From Bacillota bacterium (GTDB lineage: Bacteria > Bacillota > Sulfobacillia > JAJZYS01 > JAJYTV01), in NCBI GenBank assembly GCA_021793215.1, contig JAJYTE010000005.1, positions 25,593 to 89,592 on the forward strand: a stretch of DNA of 64,000 nt, read 5' to 3'. The translations under genes and the position numbers were made by a program. Under the pieces are notes generated by a model. That model worked only from the letters and a program-made list of their open reading frames with translations, made no database searches and had not been told where the DNA came from. Positions 37,397-49,140 of this stretch are shown here, in pieces (within the stretch, counting starts at the first letter, position 1; each line of letters opens with the position of its first letter).

Positions 37397-38100
37397 TGAA
37401 GCGACTGGTGATCTGGATCGGAGTCCTCGCCATCATCGCCCTGATAGCGGCGGTGATACCCCATGTCGCGAAGGCGCCGGCGCCTTCTCCGCAGACGTCG
37501 GACAAGGGGTGGCGGACCATCGCCGCGGCGACCGGCCAGGGCTCTGGAGCCACGGCGCCCTTCGTCACCAATAGCCGCTGGCGTGTCGTTTGGTCGGCGG
37601 GACCTCCGTCCGGCAAGGCGCAAGACTTTGGCATCCTGGTGGAGCAGCCCGGCGCTTCCACCGCGTACGACACGATGGCGAACACAGTCGGCAGCGGCCA
37701 TGGCACGCACGTGGAGGAGGGCCGCGGCACCTTCTACCTTGACATGCAGACGAGTGAGCCATATAGGCTCGAGGTGCAGACCTACGGCACCCCAGCTGCG
37801 CAACCGAAGTACACGTGGCAGACCGCCTACGCTGCGTCCGGCGCCGCGGGGCGGTCCATACCCCTGCCGCCCCTCAAGGCGCCGTGGCGCATCGTCTGGT
37901 CCGCGGGGCAGGGCGGCCCGCAGGGCAACTTCGCGATCTCCGTGCTGCAGCCGGCAGGCGGTCTGCCGTTCGACTACGTCGCGAACATCTCGGGACCGGC
38001 GCATGGTACCGCCTACGAGTACACCGGAGGCAGTTTCGTTCTGAAGGTCGCAGCGACCGAGTCCTACAACATCACGGTCCAGGAGGGGGCGAAGGACTGA
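37397..38100 (+). CDS. membrane-anchored protein with two tandem ~95-aa homologous domains (hypothetical)
   Basis: GGAGG then GTG at 37397. N-terminal TM LVIWIGVLAIIALIAAVI. Repeats WRVVWSAGPPSGKAQDFGILVEQPG…YRLEVQ and WRIVWSAGQGGPQGNFAISVLQPAG…YNITVQ. Confidence 0.45.
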
Positions 38101-38137
38101 CGCGCGGCGTCGGCTCGCGCGCGGCAGAGTAGCCCGT

Positions 38138-38175
38138 GACGCGAACGACCGTGCGGCTGCCCGGTCTTTCGCGTC
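38138..38175. terminator. imperfect long hairpin between convergent genes (GACGCGAACGACCG…CGGTCTTTCGCGTC)
   Basis: Nested inverted repeats seen in the sequence. Sits between the stop of the 37397 gene and the uvrC stop. Confidence 0.3.
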
Positions 38176-38201
38176 CGCACAGAACTTCACCAGCGGAGCC
38201 G

Positions 38202-40021
38202 CTAGCCGATCTCCTCTTTGACGCGCTTGGCGAGGGTCACGGTGAAACCCCGTACCGCCGCGATCTCCTCGACCGTCGCGGACTGCACGCCGCGTACCGA
38301 GCCGAAGTGCTCAAGCAGCGCGCGCCGCCGCTTCGGCCCGATGCCGGGCACGTCGTCGAGCCGCGAGTGCAACGACGCCTTGCCGCGCCGCTGGCGATGC
38401 AGTCCGAGCGCGAAACGGTGCGATTCGTCGCGTACGAGCTGCAGCAGAATGCGGCCCGGGTTCCCCTCTCCGAGCTGAAGTGGCTCGGGCTCCTCCGGCA
38501 GGTAGACCTCCTCGTGTTGCTTCGCGAGGGAGATCGTAGGCTGGTCCTGCAGACCAAGCTCCTGCAGGACCGACATCACCGAGCTGAGCTGACCCTTGCC
38601 GCCGTCGATCAGCAGGAGGTCCGGGAATTCGGCGAACTTCCCCCCGCCCTCTCGCTGCTCTCGCAGGCCGCGCTGGAAGCGCCGCCCGACCGCCTCCGCG
38701 AGGGACGCGAAGTCGTTCGGCCCCTGCACCGTCTTGATGCGAAAGCGCCGGTACTCGCCGTACGCGGGCTGTCCGTCGATGAACACGACCATCGAGGCGA
38801 CGCTCTCGCGCCCTTGCGTATTGGAGATGTCGAAGCCCTCGATGCGACGCGGCGGCTCAGGCAGCGCGAGCGCCTCCTGCAGCGCTTCCATCATCCGGCG
38901 CGGTCTCGCCTCGCGGTCCTGCGTCGCCATGTCCGAGAGAGCGATCCGGGCGTTCTCCTGGGCGAGACGCAGCTGCACCGTGCCGCTGCCGCGCTGCGGC
39001 ACGCGCACCTCCGCCTTCGCCTCCCGCCGGCTCGCAAGCCAGGTCGTGAGTACCTCGGACTCCTCTGGGAGCGCCGGCACCAGCACCTCGCGCGGCGGCC
39101 GCTCCTCCTGGTAGTGGAGCGCCAGCACCGCCGAGACGATCTCTCCCTCGGCGTCGTCCTCCGCGATCCGCAGGACGTAGCGCTCGCGCCCGACGAGCTT
39201 GCCTTCGCGCACGCGGAAGATCTGGGCGACGGCCCGGTCGCCCTCCTGCGCGATGCCGACGACGTCGCGCTCCTGCGCCTGCCCGGTATCGACCTTCTGG
39301 ACGGGGCTCGTGACGTACTCCACCGCGCGGATGCGGTTCCTGAGCTCCGCCGCCTCCTCGAACCTCAGCTCCTCGGCCGCTTCGTCCATGCGCGCGCGCA
39401 GGCGGCGCAGCACCTCCTCCGGGCGGCCGGAGAGGAACGCGTCGGCCTCGAGGGCCGTCTCGCGGTACTGCGCCTCATCGACGATGCCCGTGCAGGGCGC
39501 GCTGCAGCGCCCGATGTGGTACATGAGGCAAGGGCGCGTCACCGTGCGGAACTTCTGGTCTGAGCACGTGCGCAACGGGAAGAGCCGCCGCATCACCCGC
39601 AGCGTTTCCTGCATGCGCCCGGCGCTGGGGAACGGCCCGAAGTAGCGGGCGCCGTCCGCCTGCACCTTGCGCACCACGACAAGCCGCGGGAACTTCTCGT
39701 TCGTCAGCTTGAGGTAGGGGTAGCGCTTGTCGTCCTTCAGGAGGACGTTGTACTTCGGGCGGTGCTCCTTGATCAGGTTCTGCTCTAGGACGAGCGCCTC
39801 GACCTCGCTGCGCGTGACGATGTACTCGAGGCGATCGGCGTCCTGCACCAGCCGAATCGTCTTCGCCGCGAGGCCGCGACTCGACTGGAAGTAGCTGCGC
39901 GTGCGCGCGCGCAGGCTCTTCGCCTTGCCGACGTAGAGCACCGTGCCTTCCGCGTCGCGAAAGACGTAGACTCCAGGCCGCTCGGGCATCGCCCGGGCGA
40001 CGTCGCGCAACTGCTCGAACA

Positions 40022-40022
<1 letters not shown>
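38202..40022 (-). CDS. uvrC: excinuclease ABC subunit C
   Basis: GIY-YIG N-terminus (GVYVFRDAEGTVLYVGKAKSLRAR), UVR domain, C-terminal HhH. Overlaps the uvrA stop. Confidence 0.95.
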
Positions 40023-42847
<2,825 letters not shown>

Positions 42848-43001
42848 TCCGCTTCCTCCCCGGCCGGCGTCTGCTCACGAGTATAGCACAGGTAGTACGT
42901 ACATTTGTTCTTTATTGGCATTGGCAGGATCGCCAACTCGTTTGGACCTTTGCAAAAGAATTCAACGGCCGTAGAATTACGCCAGCGGATCGGGAGAGAG
43001 G

Positions 43002-44138
43002 GTGCCCGCGATGTGGGCGATGATCGTGAAGGAGTTCCTGCAGCTGCGGCGAGACAAGCGAACGCTCGCGATGATGATCGTGCTGCCCGTCGTGATGCTG
43101 GTCGTCTTCGGCTACGCCGCGAGCTTCGACGTCTCGAAGATCCCGGCGCTCGTCGTCGGACCCGAGGCCGCATCCTACGCGAAGCATCTGCGCGCTCCGT
43201 TCGCCCCGGTAACCGTCGCGCCGCGCGAGAGCGTCTCCCGGGCGAAGGAAGCGCTGCAGGACGGTACGGCCGAAGTGGTATTCGTCGCGGGTGAGCACAG
43301 CGTGCAAGCCCTCATCGACGGCGCGGACCTCTTCTCCGCCCAGGCGACCCGCGCGGCGATCGCACGCCAGGCGTCGCCCCAGGCACTTTTGCGAAGCTTC
43401 GAGAAGGCCCTGCCGCCGGGGCACTTCGTTCTCACGCCCATCGGCGCGCTGCCGCCGAAGGTGGACATCCTCTACAATCCCGGGCTCAAGACGGCGGTCG
43501 TCATGGTCCCAGGGCTCGCAGGCGTGATCCTCGTCTTCATCGGCACGCTGATCGCCAGCCTCAGCGTGGTGCGCGAGCGGCAGGCCGGCACGCTCGAGCA
43601 GCTCGGAGTGATGCCGCTCTCACCCTGGGATGTGCTGATCGGCAAGGTCGCCCCCTACTTCCTTGTGGCTGCGGTGGATCTCGCGATCGTCCTCGGGGCG
43701 GGCATGCTGCTCTTCGGCGTGCCCCTTCACGGCTCGGCCCTGGTGCTCATCCTCGGGGCACTCCTCTTCCTGTTCGTGACGCTCAGCCTCGGCGTGCTGA
43801 TCTCCAGCGTCTCGCAGAATCAGGGGCAGGCGATCCAGCTCGCGGTGATGACCGTCCTCCCGCAGATCCTGCTCTCCGGTCTGATCTTCCCGCTCTCGTC
43901 GATGGCGATCGGGGTGCGCTGGATCGCCTACATCCTGCCCCTCACCTACTTCGTCGAGATCGCCCGCGACGTGATGCTCAAGGGAACCCCGATCTGGGAC
44001 CTCTGGCAGCCGCTCGGCTTCCTCGCCCTGCTCGGCGCGGTGACGGTCAGCCTGGCCACGCTGCGCTTCTGGCGTCTGCTCTCGCCGTCCTCGGGGCGCG
44101 AGCGCCACGCCAGGGGGGCGGCGGGGGCGGCGTCGTGA
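43002..44138 (+). CDS. ABC-2 family transporter permease
   Basis: One N-terminal TM, a large extracytoplasmic loop, then 5 C-terminal TMs (ABC2_membrane topology). Its stop overlaps the next ORF. Confidence 0.8.
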   Translation: MPAMWAMIVKEFLQLRRDKRTLAMMIVLPVVMLVVFGYAASFDVSKIPALVVGPEAASYAKHLRAPFAPVTVAPRESVSRAKEALQDGTAEVVFVAGEHSVQALIDGADLFSAQATRAAIARQASPQALLRSFEKALPPGHFVLTPIGALPPKVDILYNPGLKTAVVMVPGLAGVILVFIGTLIASLSVVRERQAGTLEQLGVMPLSPWDVLIGKVAPYFLVAAVDLAIVLGAGMLLFGVPLHGSALVLILGALLFLFVTLSLGVLISSVSQNQGQAIQLAVMTVLPQILLSGLIFPLSSMAIGVRWIAYILPLTYFVEIARDVMLKGTPIWDLWQPLGFLALLGAVTVSLATLRFWRLLSPSSGRERHARGAAGAAS

Positions 44139-44989
44139 ACTGGGGAGTGCGCTCCCTCACGGTACGCTTCGGCGCGCGCTGCGCGCTGCGCGACGTCACG
44201 TTCGAGGCCGCTCCGGGAGAGGTGCGCGGCGTCGTCGGGGGCGACGGTGCGGGCAAGACGACGCTCGTGCGCGCGCTCGTGGGCGCGATCGGCCACGCGC
44301 AGGGCGAGGTACGGCGACCTCCGGCGCGCGAGATCGGGTACATGCCCGCAGGCTCCGGCGTCTTCCAGGATCTCTCCGTCGACGAGAACCTGGCCTTCAC
44401 CGCCGCCGCCTACGGCATGCCCCGGGCCGAGAGAGACGAGCGGGCGACGCAGCTCCTCGAGCGCACGGGCCTTCTGGACGCGCGCAAGCGCCTCGGCGGC
44501 GAGCTCTCCGGCGGCATGCGCCAGAAGCTGGGCGTGCTGCTCGCCATGCTGCACGGCCCCAGTCTCCTCGTGCTCGACGAGCCGACGACCGGTGTCGACC
44601 CCTTGAGCCGCGCCGACCTCTGGCGCCTGATCGCCCAAGCGGCGTCGGAGGGCGCCCAAGTCGTGCTCTCGACGTCCTACCTCGACGAGGCGGAGCGCAC
44701 CTCGCAGCTCCTCTTCCTGCAGGCCGGCCGCGCGCTCGCGTCTGGCACGGCGGCCGACGTGGTCCGCGCGATGCCTGGCCGCGTGCGCTGGGCGCCCGAG
44801 CGACCGCCTGGCGACGCCCTCGAGCGCTCCTGGCGACGCGGCGCGAGTTGGCGCATCTGGACGCCGCCAGGCGTCAGCGAGGAGCGGAAGGACTGGGAGG
44901 CGGTCTCGCCGGATCTGCAGGACGCGGTGACGGTCGCGGCCCTGGCCCATGAGCTGCAGGGCGCGCACCAGGGAGGTGCATCGCAGTGA
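44135..44989 (+). CDS. ABC transporter ATP-binding protein (canonical LSGG signature, degenerate H-loop)
   Basis: Walker A GGDGAGKTT, signature LSGGMRQK, Walker B LLVLDEPTTGVD. The H-loop position reads STSYLDE, with no His. Confidence 0.85.
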   Translation: MNWGVRSLTVRFGARCALRDVTFEAAPGEVRGVVGGDGAGKTTLVRALVGAIGHAQGEVRRPPAREIGYMPAGSGVFQDLSVDENLAFTAAAYGMPRAERDERATQLLERTGLLDARKRLGGELSGGMRQKLGVLLAMLHGPSLLVLDEPTTGVDPLSRADLWRLIAQAASEGAQVVLSTSYLDEAERTSQLLFLQAGRALASGTAADVVRAMPGRVRWAPERPPGDALERSWRRGASWRIWTPPGVSEERKDWEAVSPDLQDAVTVAALAHELQGAHQGGASQ

Positions 44990-45855
44990 CTGCACCGCTC
45001 GCCGAGAGCATCGCCGCGACGCGCCGCTTCCAAGACCACGTCGCCGTCGACGGCGTGGATCTGAGCGTGCGCCCCGGGGAAGTCGTCGGACTCCTCGGCG
45101 CGAACGGCGCCGGCAAGACGACGCTGCTGAGGCTGCTTTTGGGCCTCCTCCCGCCGACGTCGGGCGAGGTGCGCCTGTTCGGCGCCGGGCCGTCCCGCGC
45201 GACGCGACGGAGGATCGGCTACGTTCCCCAGAACCTCGGGCTCTACGCTGACCTGACGGCCGAGGAGAACCTTCGCTTCGCCGCCGCCGTCTACGGCAGT
45301 GCCCCGGGAGCGCTGCCGGCGGACCTCCGAGGTCAGGACGGCCCGGTCGGCAGCCTGCCGCTCGGTGCCCAGCGCCGCATCGCCTTCGTCCAGGCACTGG
45401 CGCACGATCCCGCGCTGCTCGTGCTCGACGAGCCGACCTCCGGCGTCGACCCCTTGATGCGCGCGCGGCTCTGGGAGGTGGTGCGCTCGGCGGCGGACCG
45501 CGGCTGCGGCGCGCTGGTGACGACGCACTACATGGAGGAAGCGGAGGAGTGCGACCGGCTGGTGATCATGGCGCAGGGCCGGATCGTGGCCGAGGGCGAC
45601 CTCTCTTCGATCCTCGGCGACGCGCGCGTCGTCGTCGTCGAGGTGGACGATTGGGCGGCGGCGCTCGGGGCGCTCGAGCAGCGCGGCATGTCGCCCACGC
45701 TCATGGGTCGCAGCCTACGCGTTCCCGGTGTGCCGGCCAAGGACGTAGAGGAGGCGCTCGCCGCGGTCCCGTGCCGCGTCGGAGAAGCGCGCGCCACGCT
45801 CGAGGAGCGTTTCGTGCAGATCACCCGCGAGAGCGCGCAGGCGGGCGCCCTGTGA
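44986..45855 (+). CDS. ABC transporter ATP-binding protein (degenerate signature, canonical H-loop)
   Basis: Walker A GANGAGKTT, Walker B LLVLDEPTSGVD, H-loop VTTHYMEE. The signature position reads LPLGAQRR, not LSGGQ. Confidence 0.85.
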   Translation: MTAPLAESIAATRRFQDHVAVDGVDLSVRPGEVVGLLGANGAGKTTLLRLLLGLLPPTSGEVRLFGAGPSRATRRRIGYVPQNLGLYADLTAEENLRFAAAVYGSAPGALPADLRGQDGPVGSLPLGAQRRIAFVQALAHDPALLVLDEPTSGVDPLMRARLWEVVRSAADRGCGALVTTHYMEEAEECDRLVIMAQGRIVAEGDLSSILGDARVVVVEVDDWAAALGALEQRGMSPTLMGRSLRVPGVPAKDVEEALAAVPCRVGEARATLEERFVQITRESAQAGAL

Positions 45856-46487
45856 CCGAGGAGCAGGGCGCGGGGCGACGGCTCGGCCGTCGCCCGGGTG
45901 GGACCACCACCCGTAGCGCCATCCTCGCGTCCGCGCGAACCCTCTTCGCGGAGCAGGGGTACGATCGCACGGGCGTCCGGGAGATCGCCGCGAAGGCGGG
46001 CGTCGACCCCGCCCTCGTCCACCATTTCTTCGGCAGCAAGGAGCAACTGTTCATCGCCGCAATGCGGCTTCCGAACATTCCGGATCTCGTGGCGCAGGCG
46101 CTTGCCCAAGACCCGGAGGCACTCATGCAGGGACGCCTGGGCGAGCTCCTGGCCCGGCTCGTGCTGACGGTGTGGGAGGACAAGGCCGTGCAGCGTCCGG
46201 CGCTCGGCCTCCTTCGCTCCGCAGTCACCCACCCGCGGGCGGCCGCTATGCTTCGCGATTTCGCCCGCGAGGCGATCCTTGCGCGCATCGCCACCCAGCT
46301 CCCCGCCCCTGATCGGGAACTGCGCGTTTCTCTCGTGGCGAGCCAGGTCGTCGGCCTCCTGATGGCGCGCCACGTGCTGCACCTCGAGCCACTCGCCTCC
46401 GCGAGCACGGATGAGGTGGTGCGGGCGATCGGACCCACGCTGCAGCGCTACCTCGCTGGTGATGTCTGCGGCGAAGGTGGATTCTAG
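45854..46487 (+). CDS. TetR/AcrR family transcriptional regulator
   Basis: GTG start overlapping the ATPase stop (GTGA). HTH …TRSAILASARTLFAEQGYDRTGVREIAAKAGVDPALVHHFFGSKEQLF. Confidence 0.75.
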
Positions 46488-46536
46488 AGAGCAACGCGCG
46501 CACGCCGGTGCGGCCTGGGCACGCTAGCGGACGGAG

Positions 46537-47763
46537 GTGGCCGCCATGAGCCCGATCCCCGCGAACCGCCTGCGCGACGTACCGCGCTACATTTTCAGCA
46601 CGCTCGAGAAGACGATCGAATCCGCGCGCCAGGATGGGCGCGAGATCTGCGACCTCTCGCAGTCGGATCCGAACTGGCCCGCGTCCGCCCGGATCGTCGA
46701 AGCGCTGCGCCGCGCGGCGCTCGAACCAGGCGCACATCGCTATCCGCCCTACGAGGGTGCGAACGGTCTGCGCGACGCCTTCGCCGACTGGTACAGCAGA
46801 ACGTACGACGCCCGCTGCCGGCGCGAGAACGTCCTGATCTTCGAAGGCTCGAAGCTGGCGATCGCGATGTTGCCGCTCGCCTACGTCGACCCCGGCGAGA
46901 GCGCACTCGTCCCCGATCCCGGCTACCCGACCTACGCGGCCGGCGTGGGGCTCGCGGGAGGAGAGGCCGTCCCGCTCGTCCTGCGCCCGGAGCTCCACTA
47001 CCTGCCGGACTACGCAGACCTCGACGAGGAGCGCATCGAGAACGCCCGCCTGATGTTCCTCAACTACCCCCACAACCCGACGGGCGCGACCGCGAGCGTT
47101 CCCTTCCTCGAGGAGACGATCGCCTTCTGCCGCCGCCGCGACCTGCCCCTCGCGTACGACCTCGCCTACGCGAAGATCGTACTTCGCGGGCAGGGACCCG
47201 CTCTCTCGGTGCGATCCGCCGTGCGGGGCGCGGAGGATCTGGCGATCGAACTGTTCACCTTCTCGAAGTCGTACGACATGCAAGGTTTCCGACTGGGTGC
47301 CGCAGTGGGCAGCCCGGACCTCTTGGCCCCGCTCGCCCGCGTGCACGAGAACGTGGCTGCGGGCGCCTACCTGCCGATCCAGGCGGCAGGCTGCGCCGCC
47401 CTCGACCCGCACGAGGACCAGTCGCTCGCCCAGCGCGTCGCGGGCTACGCTCGCCGCCAGGACCTCATCTCCTCGGCCATCTCCGAGCTGGGAGGGCACG
47501 CGACACGCCCGGACGCGACGGTCTACATCTGGATGCACGCGCCGCGGGACATGAACGGCGAGGCGTTCGCCCAGGAACTCCTCGAGCAGGCCGGTGTCGC
47601 GGTGACACCTGGCATCGCATTCGGCCAGCAGGGTGATCGCTACGTGCGCTTCTCCCTCACGGCTGAGGACGAGGAGATCGAGGAAGCCGCGCGGCGCCTG
47701 CACCAGGTGTACGCCGCCGGCTTCGACAAGGCGCCAGTGCGCGCGGCGCGCGGACCCTCCTAG
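46537..47763 (+). CDS. pyridoxal-phosphate-dependent aminotransferase, class I/II
   Basis: PLP-lysine context FSKSYDMQGFRLG and aminotransferase I/II fold length (408 aa). Confidence 0.85.
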   Translation: MAAMSPIPANRLRDVPRYIFSTLEKTIESARQDGREICDLSQSDPNWPASARIVEALRRAALEPGAHRYPPYEGANGLRDAFADWYSRTYDARCRRENVLIFEGSKLAIAMLPLAYVDPGESALVPDPGYPTYAAGVGLAGGEAVPLVLRPELHYLPDYADLDEERIENARLMFLNYPHNPTGATASVPFLEETIAFCRRRDLPLAYDLAYAKIVLRGQGPALSVRSAVRGAEDLAIELFTFSKSYDMQGFRLGAAVGSPDLLAPLARVHENVAAGAYLPIQAAGCAALDPHEDQSLAQRVAGYARRQDLISSAISELGGHATRPDATVYIWMHAPRDMNGEAFAQELLEQAGVAVTPGIAFGQQGDRYVRFSLTAEDEEIEEAARRLHQVYAAGFDKAPVRAARGPS

Positions 47764-47913
47764 GTCCAGCGTCGCCGGACGCGTAAGAAGGCCCGCCCCT
47801 GGGGACGGTCAGATGTCGTTGACGCTGCCGCGCACGATACCTTATCCTTCAACTCAGGATTTTCGGGCCGCTGCTCCGCACTCTCTTCCCACAGCGGCCT
47901 GCTGAACTGCGAG

Positions 47914-48894
47914 GTGATCTCGGTGCGCCAGCGCAGCATGCCTCTCATGGGCAGCGTAGCGTTCTACCTGTTCGGCACGATCGTGTGCGCGGTGCTCCTC
48001 TGGCAGGCTGCCACCGCGCAGGGGAACCCGAACCCGTCCCTCCACCACCTAAGCCACTTCGCCGCCGTCGTGGATACTGGCGTGCTGGTCTTCCGGGAAG
48101 GACTCGAAGCGATCCTCGTGCTCGCAGCGATCACGGCCAGCTTGGTGAAGAAGCAGAGAACGCTGCTGCGGCCGGTGGCCGTTGGGGCCGGAGTCGGCTT
48201 CGCGGCTACGGTCGCGACATGGTTCGCCGTCGTCTGGCTCCTCTCTGCGGTGCCGCTTCCAGAGCTCGACATCCAGGCCGCAACCGGTCTCCTCGCGATC
48301 CTCGTCCTGCTGCTCGTGATGAACTGGTTCTTCCATCGCGTCTACTGGACGGGCTGGATCACGCTGCACACTGCGAAGAAGAACGAGATCGTCCAGGATC
48401 CGAATCGCCTCTCCAAGGCGTTCCTCGGCCTCGCGGTGCTCGGCCTCACTTCTGTGTACCGAGAGGGATTCGAGGTTGTCCTGTTCCTTCAGACGATCCG
48501 GATGCAGGTCGGTACGGCCACGGTCGTCCTAGGCACGACGGTCGGGATCGTCCTGACGCTGATGGTGGCCTTTCTGACGTTCCGCGCCCATCAGCGCTTG
48601 CCGTACAAGAAGATGCTCGTGCTCACGGGCGTGATGCTGGGCGCGGTTCTCCTGGTCATGGTCGGAGAAAGCGTGCAGGAGATGCAGCTCGCGGGCTGGC
48701 TGCCTTCGACCGAGATCGCAGGCTGGGTCTGGCCGGCCTGGCTGAACGTTTGGTTCGCCGTATACCCGACGGCGGAGAGCCTCGCTGCGCAGGCGCTTGC
48801 CGCCGTCGCCGTGCTCGGCTCCTACGCGACCGCGGAGTACGCGCGCGTCTGGCGTCCCCGCAGGTTGGCGCGTCAGCACCTCGCGCACGACTGA
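47914..48894 (+). CDS. FTR1/EfeU family high-affinity iron permease
   Basis: Two REGLE-type motifs (FREGLEAILVL; YREGFEVVLFL) and 7 TMs. Confidence 0.8.
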   Translation: MISVRQRSMPLMGSVAFYLFGTIVCAVLLWQAATAQGNPNPSLHHLSHFAAVVDTGVLVFREGLEAILVLAAITASLVKKQRTLLRPVAVGAGVGFAATVATWFAVVWLLSAVPLPELDIQAATGLLAILVLLLVMNWFFHRVYWTGWITLHTAKKNEIVQDPNRLSKAFLGLAVLGLTSVYREGFEVVLFLQTIRMQVGTATVVLGTTVGIVLTLMVAFLTFRAHQRLPYKKMLVLTGVMLGAVLLVMVGESVQEMQLAGWLPSTEIAGWVWPAWLNVWFAVYPTAESLAAQALAAVAVLGSYATAEYARVWRPRRLARQHLAHD

Positions 48895-49064
48895 GCGAAG
48901 GCTTGGTCACCGACGTGAGGTTGCGCCGGCTGCGGCCACCGACCGTTGTCTGGAAGAGACCGACGCCGAAGGCGCGACCTGCGGGCAGGATCGATCGTCC
49001 GCCCGCGACACCGCTTCCGCCGTCCAGCTCCTCGCAAAGACTCCAGCCAATGCGCGCGACAGAG

Positions 49065-49102
49065 GTGCCCTTCGCGCCTGCAGAGGCAGCCGCGAGGGGC
49101 AC
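49065..49102 (+). terminator. hairpin (12-bp stem, 1 mismatch) followed by TTCTTCGGT
   Basis: GTGCCCTTCGCG…CGCGAGGGGCAC inverted repeat between the convergent FTR1 and coxL-like genes. Confidence 0.3.
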
Positions 49103-49140
49103 TTCTTCGGTGAAGGGGCAGGCATCCCCGCGGTCGTCCG

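Noticed and set aside
38136-39563. 475-aa plus-strand ORF antisense to uvrC
   Set aside because: It overlaps uvrC entirely. It has no recognisable domain and a high-GC artefact composition.
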